Shown here in pieces: positions 1 through 13,460 of a stretch of 64,000 nucleotides of DNA. The stretch comes from Tubiluchus corallicola (lineage: Eukaryota > Animalia > Priapulida), in assembly GCA_030141605.1 (NCBI GenBank), contig JAQGDQ010000199.1, positions 124,001 to 188,000 of the forward strand, in the 5' to 3' direction. The notes beneath the pieces are model-generated. The model saw only the letters and a list, made by a program, of their open reading frames with translations, searched no databases and had not been told where the DNA came from. The translations under genes and the position numbers were made by a program. The first letter of the stretch is position 1. Each line of letters starts with the position of its first letter.

Positions 1-1448
1 AATAAGGTGTCCCATATTGCATAAACAAGACTGCTCTGACTAGTGTCCCACCGACCCTGCTCTAACAAGACTGCTCTGAGTATCCATGTTTTTCTGTGCT
101 GTAACTATCTTAACACTTTTTTATAGAAAATTAGTGCGGTAAAATAATAAATTGATTCGATAAGCACCAGTGCCAAAGTATAAGTTCATCATCATACGCC
201 CGTCACGTCTATTATAGACATTGGGCAGGCAGAATTCTAAAATAAAAGAAATCTGCCTTCAGACAGGTAAACGCAACAGTAATCCAGCAAAAAATACTAG
301 ACACTGCTACGCCAGTGGCTTGTCAGCACCACTTCCGCGCAAAAGTATAAGTTACGATCTCTATATATCCTCCCTATATGGGAAATCTTGATAACATAAA
401 TTTATAGCGATAATTATTCTGCTTTACAGGAAGCCCTAACGTCATTACATAAATCAATTCAACAAGCTCCAACTGAGAACTGTCTGTTGTAAAAGCACCC
501 TACTTTACAATCTCAATATGGGAAATGTTTTCACCAGAAATTTACAGTCACAACTTTATGACAGCGATTTTTGCTACTTTGCAAAACCCCGTGTAAAATA
601 AAGTAATTTAAGCGAAAATTTACAAAATGATATGAAATATCATCACTAGAAAAACTCTCTTGATAAGTTCAACATGGAAAACCTTGTAACTTCAACTTAC
701 ATTTGAAATACAAGATCAGGATACCATATACACACTACCCAAATTAGGGCATATGCTACCTGTTAAGTGACTTACGCACTCCACAAATACCCGTTTCACG
801 GCTAAACAAGTATCGTGTTTCATCGATTCAATTTAACTCCAGTTTTTTGCCTCGAAATTCAACCACAACGACCACACTATAAATACTAAAGCGCACAATT
901 ATATTTTAGTTATTCACACGCAGAAATGATTTATCGCCATAAATGTCTAACAACAATGAAATGAAGTCCTTCAGCAAGAAACTTGCGACTATAATGCATT
1001 AAGCATCCTCGAAATGAAAGGCAATTAAGGGATGAGGAAGCTGAAGCTCATTCGCGTTGAAAGGGTTGTCTGAAGGCGAAGAAAGAACCCGAGTAGAGGA
1101 ATACCAGTGCTGTCAGCTCTTCAGTGGACATAATCAATCATAGTTTCATTCTTGAGAAAGTTCAACAAAACTTGTAAAAATAATAAGTTTCGGATGCTGA
1201 TATTTCGCGTGTTGCTAACAAAATGGGAGAAGTAATGGATCACCAAAAAATAACAAAATATCCAATTTACAAAACTGTAATATTATCCATAAAGCGCAAA
1301 ACTGGAAATAAATTCTTGTGAAAAACGTGGAAAATTTTCAACCCCTTTAAAGCAAAAAAACAACACGAAAAGCGCTAAAAGAAGACGGAAATGTGGAAAA
1401 TGGATAACAACACTGCCTAGAAAACTGTAACAGGTTCAAGAAAATTAA

Positions 1449-1909
1449 CCCTTTCAGTCCCAAATTATTTTTTTAATAAGAAAAAATTTTTTGGCTTGGT
1501 ACTTTTGTTCAGTATGTCCATCTTGTTTACACATAATAATTATTTTTTTCTACCTGTGCCCACGTGCTAAATATAGGCTGTATCCCACGGGATACATTGG
1601 GATTCAATGGAAGCATAAAATGTGCTTCATTTTGTAACTGCTGATAATTTTTTAAAGTGTTTAAGACATTTAGTATGCATGCTATGCTGATCTGCACAAT
1701 GTCGTCTCTAAAGTACTGTACCTTGCACAGTTTTTTATGCTATGTAGATTTTCTAGTTTGCCATTTTATCACCACTTTTAGTCTATTGTTATTGGCTTAA
1801 ATCAGAATAACTATTAACAGATCAAATAACTGTCAGTTTTAAAATTTTATTAATTTTAAAGGCAGAAAATATTTCTCGTATCCCACGGGATACAACGGGT
1901 AGGAAAGGG
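1449..1909 (+). mobile_element. piggyBac-like MITE family A, copy 1
   Basis: TTAA TSD, CCCTTTC...GAAAGGG termini, two internal GTATCCCACGGGATAC palindromes; three copies in the window. Confidence 0.88.
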
Positions 1910-3401
1910 TTAAAAACACCTAAAGCTGGTAGCTACAACTGAGAGGACCACAATACTGGTGGTGTTATTTCTGAGTGGTTATAGCAATGTAGGTAAGTTA
2001 AAGGACAAGGAAAACCTTTACTTGCTTAAAGCTAAAAACAACTCTTGAAATTTTGCATCACTTACATGCTGTCTTATTGCACACAGAACATGCGTTAGCA
2101 GTAACGCTGTATAAAACTTGTAAAATTGAACTAACGCGATGATTATTAGGCGCAGCCATTTTAACGGTAAGTCATTTGAGACAGGTTTAGATAACATTGC
2201 GTAAAGTTTGGAAAAATAATCAGAGCATTCGTACTTAGTAGTGCACTCTTCGCTGACTAAGCAAAAATTTAAATTACTGTATCTTATCAATAAGGTTAAA
2301 ATATGTTTGGTGAGCCATTCGTGCACACTGGAAAGGTGAGTCAGTGTCATTTTACCAGTTGGCGTCAACGTTTTAAATTATTAACAATTTTCCTTTCCAA
2401 GTATATAAATCTTTCAAGCAATTAAGCATGTTAAGTAATGTAACTTCGCGTAGAAAAAATTTTGGAATATACTTTAAAGTTCCTCTTTCTTTCCCTTTGA
2501 ACAATGCTGGGTCCTGTTTACAAAATGAATGGGTGACCCTGAGAGAATTATTTCAGTTCTGCTTCACTGGTTTAGCAAGTACATGAACCCACACGTGGTC
2601 AAGACACGGGTCTGCCTCAGAGTTTAATAAATCAAATTAAGTGGCTGCATTTGACAGAAAGATTCCCGTGTTGCCACACCTAAAAGCCAAACCTAGCGTT
2701 GAGTGGTAAATCCCAATTTGCAGAGTACTACAGGGATGAGAATGACAAATTGTAAAAAACTCTGAAACAGGCCGGGGTTTTTGGGGCCGCGTACGCCCCC
2801 AATGGAGTTCAAGGGGAGCTAGCAACAAATTGCAATTTTGTGACCATAGAGAGCCTCTAAGTGGACTTAAAATATCAATTACCTTGTTTCATGCATAATT
2901 TAAAATACCCAAATATCAAGGATACATCATACCTAATTGACTCAAAAACGCCTATGTACTGGCCGCTGACATGCAAAAGTATATAAAAACTGTCTGCAAT
3001 TGACTCAAATAACTCCGCACAATTGATTCTATATTTTTATACATAGAGATCTACACGTGGTTACACTGATGTACGTGATGTAAACAAAGTGGCGGCCCGC
3101 CAACTAGCTGTCAGCTTGTGAAATAATGTACTGGGTCCGTAACGAATTTGCGCGATTTACAAAAATGGCACTACTGGTCTTCCAAAAACTGGGAATTCCG
3201 CGTATCCGCGGAAAATTTTCATCCCTGGTACTAAGGAAGAAAAAAACAAGATTTAACAGTAAAATACGAATGATCGCTTTCCGAAACAAAGTGAATTTAA
3301 AATAAATCAGAATGGATGCACTAATGTGGTTCTCCACGTGCACGTCCTGCTTGACCCAACAACTATGCAACAACGCGAATCGCAGAATCATTTAACGGGA
3401 G

Positions 3402-4479
3402 TGATCCGTTTAGAACTTTAGCGGGGTATTCGAGGGCCGTGTTGATCCGTTTAGAACTTTAGCGGGGTATTCGAGGGCCGTGTTGATCCGTTTAGAACTT
3501 TAGCGGGGTATTCGAGGGCCGTGTTGATCCGTTTAGAACTTTAGCGGGGTATTCGAGGGCCGTGTTGATCCGTTTAGAACTTTAGCGGGGTATTCGAGGG
3601 CCGTGTTGATCCGTTTAGAACTTTAGCGGGGTATTCGAGGGCCGTGTTGATCCGTTTAGAACTTTAGCGGGGTATTCGAGGGCCGTGTTGATCCGTTTAG
3701 AACTTTAGCGGGGTATTCGAGGGCCGTGTTGATCCGTTTAGAACTTTAGGGTATTCGAGGGCCGTGTTGATCCGTTTAGAACTTTAGCGGGTATTCGAGG
3801 GCCGTGTTGATCCGTTTAGAACTTTAGCGGGGTATTCGAGGGCCGGTTGATCCGTTTAGAACTTTAGCGGGTATTCGAGGGCCGTGTTGATCCGTTTAGA
3901 ACTTTAGCGGGGTATTCGAGGGCCGTGTTGATCCGTTTAGAACTTTAGCGGGTATTCGAGGGCGTTGACCGTTTAGAACTTTAGCGGGGTATTCGAGGGC
4001 CGTGTTGATCCGTTTAGAACTTTAGCGGGGTATTCGAGGGCCGTGTTGATCCGTTTAGAACTTTAGCGGGGTATTCGAGGGCCGTGTTGATCCGTTTAGA
4101 ACTTTAGCGGGGTATTCGAGGGCCGTGTTGATCCGTTTAGAACTTTAGCGGGGTATTCGAGGGCCGTGTTGATCCGTTTAGAACTTTAGCGGGGTATTCG
4201 AGGGCCGTGTTGATCCGTTTAGAACTTTAGCGGGGTATTCGAGGGCCGTGTTGATCCGTTTAGAACTTTAGCGGGGTATTCGAGGGCCGTGTTGATCCGT
4301 TTAGAACTTTAGCGGGGTATTCGAGGGCCGTGTTGATCCGTTTAGAACTTTAGCGGGGTATTCGAGGGCCGTGTTGATCCGTTTAGAACTTTAGCGGGGT
4401 ATTCGAGGGCCGTGTTGATCCGTTTAGAACTTTAGCGGGGTATTCGAGGGCTGTGTTGATCCGTGTAGAACTTTAGCGG
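3402..4479. repeat. 41-bp minisatellite, ~26 copies
   Basis: Unit GTGTTGATCCGTTTAGAACTTTAGCGGGGTATTCGAGGGCC, nearly invariant. Confidence 0.97.
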
Positions 4480-5094
4480 TGTTGAGACAGTGAACATTAC
4501 GGTCTGTGCAATGGCGCGATGCGTCAGCAAGCAAAATTTCAGGCTCTACGACATGAGCAAGCTTTAGGAACCCGCACTGCGCCGCATCCTAAAACGTCCG
4601 CACACAATGCATCTGAATCTATAATCATTTTTATACAAAACCTTACGTGTGGAGAAGCCAAAAGACGAAAACCACTTTTAATATTATTGTTTGCACGCTG
4701 AAAAAAAGGAACGGCTGTCGAAAGTTAAGCGACAGTGTGACCGGTTGGTAATTAGAATGGAAGAAGATACTTTAGACAATTGTTGAACGATGTGAAATAT
4801 TTTTAGCATAGTAGCTTGTCTAAATTGCTAAATTACTCCTTCAACACGGAACACTTTTGTGGCAAAGCGAAAAAGATTTCAACCTTAAACACCTCTTCTA
4901 TAAACACCTCGTCTCAAAAGCCGCCTCACATTACCTCCCCACGCAGTTAATCCTTCATGAACTAATAGGTTTCCAACACGGGGGATTTGGAGAATAAAAA
5001 GTCGACTATCCTGATTTGTAATTCAGTTCCCTTGCGACAGTCATGGAGACGAACTGCCCGGAACGTGACGTGAATGTTTCATGCTTTCCGACAG

Positions 5095-5475
5095 ACAGTG
5101 AAACAAGCGAAGAAAGATGGGCAAAGATAGAGGGAAAAAGATAGACACATAAGTAGAGAGAGTTGAAGAGAGAACAAGAGAAAGGCAGGGAGGGGCAGAG
5201 AGATTGGGAGGAAGAAATGGAGAAGTGGTGGGAAAACCAAGAGGAGGGAAGGAGGAAAAGAGAGAGCGGAGGAATCAAGGCTAGACAAGAATAAAGACAG
5301 AGGAGAGAAAGAGGGGAGAGTGCGAGAGAAAGAGGAGAGAAAGACGGAAACAAACGCAGACATAGAAAGGGGGAAAGGGCCAGAGAGAGGGTCGAGGAGG
5401 ATGCTAGAAAGAGAGAGGGAAACACAGATGGGGTATAAAAGGGAGGACAGACAGATAGACAGATAGACAGAGAGC
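5095..5475. repeat. Polypurine (GA-rich) low-complexity tract
   Basis: Strong G/A strand skew over ~380 bp. Confidence 0.85.
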
Positions 5476-6019
5476 AACAGCAGCAGCAGTACTGAACAAA
5501 ATACAGAAATCGATAGCTGTTTGAAGTGGAGGAATGCTACTGTTCAATAAACCGCAACTAGAATTGATTTAACTGACTGCACAACCTTTAAAATCGAATT
5601 CGTAACTTCAGTAGAAATTCAGATCCCTACCACAAAAAGCTCGTGGTTAAACACATTGAATAGATTACAATCAGCGGCAAGACTTAAAAGTTTTGAATGA
5701 GTCGAGTGAGTGAGCCTGTACAACGTTCCATCGCTAAATGAATCCCTGTGTAATTATTACTTGCCTGTTCAATTAAAGTTCATGTTCTACGAACATAGAC
5801 AGATAAGAGATGATTCAACGAACAGCACGAGTCGGATACGAAATCAAAGTATCAGCACGGGTCCTAGACAATATTTGATCTCTTCCATTAAAACTCCTAC
5901 TTTATTAATGAATAGGCGTAACCTTGAACATGTTACGAGCGTGGCTGTGACGAATTCCTCCTATACAATACTAAACTAACCGTTAAACATTGTTTCAACT
6001 TTAAACTTTTAACCATTAA

Positions 6020-7468
6020 AGGAAAGGCCAAGCCGTTAGGGATAGACATATTTCAATGTTTGGGGGAAAATGTCGCGCACTGCTTAAAGAAAAACCGGAC
6101 GATTGTTTAGACTCAGCTCATTTTAATTTACTGTTCAAAATATACATTTTCTTGCCTATAAAAGTTAGCAATTGTTTCTTATATTTGAATAATTAGCTTA
6201 GAAAGTTAATTAACGGCAACCGAACACAGCTATTGCTTACGTCAGAAACTAACTACAGTTTGTGCAATGGCTGGCGTCTTCCCTTGCGCGTCAAGCACAT
6301 TTGCATAGGTGTTACAGTACTGCTTAAACGCATGATATCACTAAAAATGGACTTTACATCATATGACGTCAGAAACTAACACTACAATTCATGATCATGG
6401 TTACCACGGTACCGCCTTCTATTTGTCGGCCACGCGCACGTGACAAAAAGGCACCGTTGCCAATCTTAGTAGATTCACTGAGCCGCGAGTAGCTTTGAAA
6501 GTGTAACGAAATTGAGTATCCAAGATAATTATTATTTAATTTAAGCTTTGATTTAAAATAAGCTATTGTCAATATTCTAGAGCATTCTTTATTCTGAACT
6601 AATGTTTATACAATCATCCGGTTTTCCTTTAAACTATAACTCAAACTTCTGCAACTTGCCTAAGCTTGCTAGACATAAAGGGGCTTCTTGGCTATATACT
6701 TTTGCTGCCTCAACATTCAACATGTGACCACTGTTTCTCCGGCTGTTTTCAAGTCACTAGCAGCTAAAACACGCTCAGTCGCGTGTACTATTGCGTCAAA
6801 CTCAGCTTCTCAAATTATCCACCACTTCGCGTACTCAGACATTTTTGTATGACGTCACATAGGAGGTTTCGTTTATTTTACTGTTGTCACAAGCTTCGAA
6901 ATACTTAAAGGACAAGGACAAGTAAAATTTAAAATTTTACTTAGTGAGTAAAGTTTACTTTACTTTACTTGTCAAAAATCTAGTTAGTGAGTGATTGAGT
7001 GGTGCACCCTGGAGGCGAGTTAGCGACATTTTGCCAATTGGTGAAAACATTTTAAGTAATTAATAATTTCCTTTGCTAGTTACATAAGTCTTTAGGTAAG
7101 CGTAATGCCAAGTAATATAGATTCGCAGGGAAAGTTTTTTGGGACACAATTTAACATTGTCTTTTCTTCCCCTGATTTACGTTTGCGTAGGTGACGTCAC
7201 GTCGGAACAGTTTTGCGGGAGATTTAAAATAAAAACAAAAACAAAATTTCGGTTCAACTTGAGAACCATATATGCATAAAATTGTTGTAAAGTAATATAA
7301 TTTTTAAGACGATTTTTCTGCAACCTACTTCAGACACCCCTTTACTTGTCTTTTAAGCTTTATGTAAGTGGAGGGTTTTCTTGTGCTTTAACAAAGAAAT
7401 TTGTAAGAAACTGCAACTTACAAAGCATAAAGTTAATTTATATTACAGCGGTATACTTGGTCTTTCCT
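6020..7468. mobile_element. Kolobok-like element with a nested family E element (6909-7352)
   Basis: TTAA|AGGAAAGGCCAAG ... CTTGGTCTTTCCT|TTAA; inner element TTAA|AGGACAAG ... CTTGTCTT|TTAA. Confidence 0.6.
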
Positions 7469-7839
7469 TTAAAAGCTAAAACCGCGGCATTTCTAGCTAT
7501 AGCTGCACTAAACGGAAATTTGTTTAATGAGTCACAGCCAGCAAAACACGGCTGACCCTCCTAGTCTTTCTCTTCCCGGGGAAGTGTTTTGATTTTTACC
7601 TCCTCCGATGAGTCACATAAACACTGGCTACTCTTGCAGCTAACAGTTTATTTCCATAGTGAAGCCAAAAGCTATTTAATGAGCTATATGATCCCACGCC
7701 CGATTTTTGGACAAACATTTTGCTACAGTCTTCACTCAGTCATGTAAAAGAGCAAATAAATGCCAAAGGAAACAGTGCAGCAAAAAAAGTGGCAGGGACT
7801 TTGTCAGTCCCTCAGGCAGTCATTGAGCAAGTGGCCAGT

Positions 7840-8356
7840 CAATCACTCAATCAGCCAGTCAGACTATCAGTCAATTATTCATCAATCGCTCCAACAATCA
7901 ATTAGTTAAATATGCAGCCAAACAATTGATCACCTAACCAATTAATCAATCAACCAACCAAACAACTGAGCAACCAAGTAAGCAATGAATCACTCATACT
8001 ACAACTAAACAATCAGTCATTCAACCAATCAATCCATCTATCAGCAAACCAACCCACCAACTCAAAGTCAACCAACAGAGTAACTCAAATCCAACAAAAC
8101 AACCAATAAACAATCATTCAATCAACAAAAAACTAAACAAGCCTCCAGTCAGTCAACTAACTTGTGCCATCCAATCAACATTGAATAAATAAATCATTCA
8201 ACAAACTAAACAAAGTATCAATAACTCAGCCAACCAATCAGCAGCACATTAAACAATCAAACAATAAAAGAGACGATAAATCATGCAACCAAACAAACAA
8301 ACAAGCGAACAAACACACACAAAAAATAAAAACAATCGACCAAACAAACAAACAAT
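7840..8356. repeat. Degenerate (CAAT/CAAC/CAAA)n tetranucleotide tract
   Basis: 4-nt periodicity is visible. Confidence 0.75.
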
Positions 8357-8767
8357 GGTTAAAAATGTTTTCGGAATTATAATTTAAGGGACTGGAAAAG
8401 GCCTCACACTGTCTCGACTGTGAAATATGCACTCAGGTTTATCGAACTCTCAACTACAAGGTAATTCCGTTTTATTACTAGACCCAAGATAATAGTGATA
8501 ACGCTCTATAAATTTACTGAAACGGCGTATCCAGGCCATAGCAGTCTCCAATCACAACCAAAAAGAGCACCAGAATATGTGCAAGATGTCGAAACAACTA
8601 TTTCTCCTAACCACTTCCATTTAAAAAACCGTCAATGGTCATAAGGTTACTGAACTTTTTGATTAAAGTATTGCGGCGAACAAGACGACAATACCCCCCG
8701 CGAGCTCCCCAACACGCGATCCACGGTAGAATCAGAGTGGTTCTGAGACGGACTACCCTCCAAGGAG

Positions 8768-10318
8768 CACCCCAAGTAATCGTGTAGACAATCAACTTCG
8801 CGTAGTAATTTCTTAGATGTGCAGCTACTACTGAAAGATTAATTCTGATTCTAGATACTGGGGAACACCCCAAGTAATCATGTAGACAATCAACTTCGTG
8901 TAGTAATTTCTTAGATGTGCAGCTACTACTGAAACATGAATTCTGATTCTAGATACTGGGGAACACCCCAAGTAATCATGTAGACAATCAACTTCGCCTA
9001 GTAATTTCTTAGATGTGCTGCTACTACTGAACCATATTCTGATTCTAGATACTGGGGAACACCCCAAGTAATCATGTAGACAATCAACTTCGTGTAGTAA
9101 TTTCTTAGATGTGCAGCCACTACTGAACCATATTCTGATTCTAGATACTGGGGAACACCCCAAGTAATCATGTAGACAATCAACTTCGCGTAGTAGTTTC
9201 TTAGATGTGCTGCTACTACTGAACCATATTCTGATTCTAGATACTGGGGAACACCCCAAGTAATCATGTAGACAATCAACTTCGCGTAGTAGTTTCTTAG
9301 ATGTGCAGATACTACTGAAACATGAATTCTGATTCTAGATACTGGAGAACACCCCAAGTAATCATGTAGACAATCAACTTCGTGTAGTAATTTCTTAGAT
9401 GTGCAGCCACTACTGAACCATATTCTGATTCTAGATACTGGGGAACACCCCAAGTAATCATGTAGACAATCAACTTCGCGTAGTAGTTTCTCAGATGTGC
9501 AGCTACTACTGAAAGATTAATTCTGATTCTAGATACTGGAGAACACCCCAAGTAATCATGTAGACAATCAACTTGGTGTAGTAGTTTCTTAGATGTGCAG
9601 CTACTACTGAAATATGAATTCTGATTCTAGATACTGGGGAACACCCCAAGTAATCGTGTAGACAATCAACTTCGTGTAGTAATTTCTTAGATGTGCAGCT
9701 ACTACTGAACCATATTCTGATTCTAGATACTGGGGAACACCCCAAGTAATCATGTAGACAATCAACTTCGCCTAGTAATTTCTTAGATGTGCTGCTACTA
9801 CTGAACCATATTCTGATTCTAGATACTGGGGAACACCCCAAGTAATCATGTAGACAATCAACTTCGCGTAGTAGTTTCTCAGATGTGCAGCTACTACTGA
9901 AAGATTAATTCTGATTCTAGATACTGGAGAACACCCCAAGTAATCATGTACACAATCAACTTGGTGTAGTAGTTTCTTAGATGTGCAGCTACTACTGAAA
10001 CATGAATTCTGATTCTAGATACTGGAGAACACCCCAAGTAATCATGTAGACAATCAACTTCGCGTAGTAGTTTCTTAGATGTGCAGATACTACTGAAACA
10101 TGAATTCTGATTCTAGATACTGGGGAACACCCCAAGTAATCATGTAGACAATCAACTTCGCGTAGTAGTTTCTTAGATGTGCAGCTACTACTGAAACATG
10201 AATTCTGATTCTAGATACTGGGGAACACCCCAAGTAATCATGTAGACAATCAACTTCGCGTAGTAGTTTCTTAGATGTGCAGCTACTACTGAAAGATTAA
10301 TTCTGATTCTAGACACTA
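8768..10318. repeat. 96/98-bp tandem repeat, 16 units, three interspersed variants
   Basis: Unit CACCCCAAGTAATCATGTAGACAATCAACTTCGCGTAGTARTTTCTTAGATGTGCAGCTACTACTGAA[variant]TTCTGATTCTAGATACTGGGGAA. Confidence 0.97.
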
Positions 10319-10631
10319 GAAAGAACAGAACATTCAGGACTCGTGACTTGCATAGAATTTTAGAAACTACTATTCACCCAGGATAGATATTTTTACTACT
10401 AAAAAGTGAGTTGTAAAAGGAGATAATTAAAAAATTGTCGCATTTTGTTAGAGGATGATTTTTCATTACTATCCGATTTTGAAGGATAGTAAAACGTATA
10501 TTTTAACTCGTATAATGCCAAAGACAATTAAATAATAGGTTTATAAACATTAACGGATTAGAGAACATTGTACTGCTTAAACTTCACGAAATGTTACAGA
10601 TATGAACTCGTTTCAGTTCACTCACCGTTAA

Positions 10632-11645
10632 CGGAAGACAGGATGAATTTTCATATGTTATCCCATTTTCAAGTCCGATTAAAAGTATACATTTTAACAC
10701 AATTAACACTGCAAAAGCGTTTCTGATAACTAAATGATACATTAAAAACTTAATTAACGGCGGGCGAGCCTAACTGTTGATGACATCACAAACTAACATA
10801 ACCTTCAACATCAAAAACATTCTACGAGCGTGTTGCATGTGTTTGCAAAAGCGAAAATTGAAGTACAGCGCTACTGTAAGATATTCAGTGTGTACTACTA
10901 AAATCAGGCAGGTTTTAAGATAAAAATTCAAATTTCAAATTTACCGCTGTGTAGTTCGTCACAAACTAAAACATCTGAATTGAGAAGTACAGCACCTATT
11001 TTTTGTGCAATGCGTTTTCGAAATGCAGGTGCCAGTGCCCGCCTAACTAGCGAAAGTGGCGAAATGCATGTAACAGCGAAGAACTAGTGGCGTGAACGCG
11101 AAATTGTGTTTGTGTGGTGATTATACTTATCCTTAAAAAAACAGAATGTTTCAGTATTTTAAAGAGTAGATTATTTGGAGCTACAGTTTAACCCTTTCAT
11201 ACCCGTTGTATCCCGTGGGATACGAGAATATTTTCTGCCTTTAAAATTAATAAAATTTGAAAACTGACTGTTATTTGATCTGTTAATAGTTATTTTGATT
11301 TAAGCTAATAACAATAGACTAAAAATGGTGAAAAAATGGCAAACTAGAAGTACAGTACTTTAGAGATCACTTTGTGCAGATCAGCATAGAGTACATACTA
11401 AATGCCGTAAATACTTTAAAAAATTATCAACAGTTGCAAAATGAAGCAAATTTTATGCTTCCATTGAATCCCAATGTATCCCGTGGGATACAGGCTATAT
11501 TTAGCACGCGGGCACAGGTAGAAAAAATGATTATTATGTGTAAACAAGATGGACATACTGAACAAAAGTGCCAAGCCAAAAAATTTTTTCTTATTAAAAA
11601 ATAATTTGGGACTGAAAGGGTTAAGATTGGGTCCGGTTTTGCTAA
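10632..11645 (+). mobile_element. Kolobok-like non-autonomous family B copy (interrupted by MITE A)
   Basis: Colinear with 12900-13460, 49867-50270 and 52506-53062; the family ends are TTAA|AGG...CCT|TTAA. Confidence 0.7.
11192..11620 (-). mobile_element. piggyBac-like MITE family A, copy 2 (nested in a family B element)
   Basis: Reverse complement of copy 1 with a ~30-bp internal deletion; TTAA at 11188-11191 and 11621-11624. Confidence 0.88.
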
Positions 11646-12437
11646 TGGCTGGTCATCGCGGGAGCTTACATTTACGCAGCGTTTCTGCTAAGGCAAGCTC
11701 TCTTATGCGATGTAGGTAATAGAATTTTTCAGGACAAATCTTTTATGCTTTATTTATAAAAAACGTTTTCATTTAATAACTGTGAAAAACTAAAAAATTG
11801 TTCACGTTTAGACCATTGTGCTCTAGGTTTACTACCCCACAGCAGGAATTCTGATTCAGTGATTTTGTAAAAGAGATGATCAGCTTGCACACGTTTTCTA
11901 CCCACTGTGATAATGGCTGAAGTCATATTAGTTTAGTATCGTTTCTCTCCCAAGTGGCAAAACAACATACAATACAGGAGAACGCAGAGGCCAGTTCAAG
12001 GACTCAGTCGGTTTTCAGAAAATTTATATTAAATTAGATTTAGAAAACATGCACGACCGTTGCTGCGCACTGTGCGCATGCGCGAAATGCTGCTTAACAT
12101 GAAAAACATCCTAGCGCTGTCTGCATGGTCTAGGTATCAACATGCAATGGGCTTGAAAAGCGATGGTATCTGGTTCAATTCCTAGTTTTATTTTGCTCTT
12201 TTCTTTTGTTTGGCTCTAAAGTTGCGTCGGTAAATTAAAGTCCTGAGATTTTAATTGGTAATCACAATATCACGAGTTTATTTCAGCATACAATTTAGTC
12301 ACTTTCGTGAAATGTATATTTTAATCAAGAGTCGAACCTGCGACTTACATGACTGAAATACAGGGTAGTTCAAAAGTATCTCAATAATTATCTTCACCCG
12401 TGTTCGACAAACGACGTTCATCTTGTGGTACTCAGTA

Positions 12438-12762
12438 CAGTCAACCCTCGTTAAACCGGACTAATGGGGGGGGGGTCCGGTTTAGCCGATTGTCCGATTT
12501 ATCCGATATGCCTATATATGGTCTATATTATACAGGAATAATCACCTTAATAAAGCCTATATACATTGCACTATATACTATACTGTATATTACTTTAAAA
12601 TAGTTAACCTGTGAAGATAAAGAAATTATTGTACAGTTGGTAGGCCGTGTTGTGTTTAGTGCTCCGGCTCGGACGGAAATCAGTCAGTTTCTTTTACCAC
12701 GGATGACGTCCGTCTTATCCGATATCCGGGCTAACGGGGTCCGGTTTAACGAGGGTCGACTG
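12438..12762. mobile_element. Tc1/mariner-pogo-like MITE family C, copy 1
   Basis: TA TSD; ~24-bp TIR CAGTCAACCCTCGTTAAACCGGAC / GTCCGGTTTAACGAGGGTCGACTG. Confidence 0.88.
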
Positions 12763-12899
12763 TACTGCGAATTACATGTATTGAAATCTATATTTGAAGT
12801 TCTGCATCGAATACAATGATACAGCTTTTGACACATTGCTTTACAGCACTGCTATATATACAAGTCTGGGTATAAACGATATAAGAGTGGATTAATAAA

Positions 12900-13460
12900 A
12901 AAACAGGATGATTTTTCATATTAAACCTGTAAATAATACCAAAGCGTTTCTGATATTTAAATAATAGGCTAAATTCTTAACAGCAACTAATGATAACTCA
13001 CAAATGAACATAATTTTCAACAGCACAAACACTCCATGCGCGTACTGCATATGTTTATGAAACCAAAAATTGAAGTACTGTGCTACTGTACAACATTCGG
13101 TGCGATGTACAAAAACCCAGCAAATTTTAAGTGTAAATTCGAAATTTCAAGTTTTCCGCTGTACTCAAGCATGAGCTCTCGAACATGTCACCACGTCACA
13201 AATGAACATCTCTGAAATGACAAATGATACAGCACTTGTTTTTTGCAACGCGTTTCCGAGATACAGGCGCTAATGCCCATCTAACTAGCAAATGGCGAAA
13301 TGCTTGTGACAGCCAAGAACTAGCCGCAAGAACGCGAAATCACGTTTCTGTGGAAATAATTCTTTCACAAAAGTCGTTCTTGAAAAACTAGGATGTTCTC
13401 TTTCAATATTTTACAGGGTAGATTGTTTTGAGCTATGATATAAGATTTTCTGGTTTTCCT
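12900..13460 (+). mobile_element. Family B copy
   Basis: CAGGATGATTTTTCATAT ... GGTTTTCCT|TTAA; similar to the 10632 copy. Confidence 0.7.

Noticed and set aside
3402-10318. 41-bp and 96/98-bp arrays as CRISPR arrays
   Set aside because: The units are contiguous with no unique spacers, the context is eukaryotic, and no cas genes are present.
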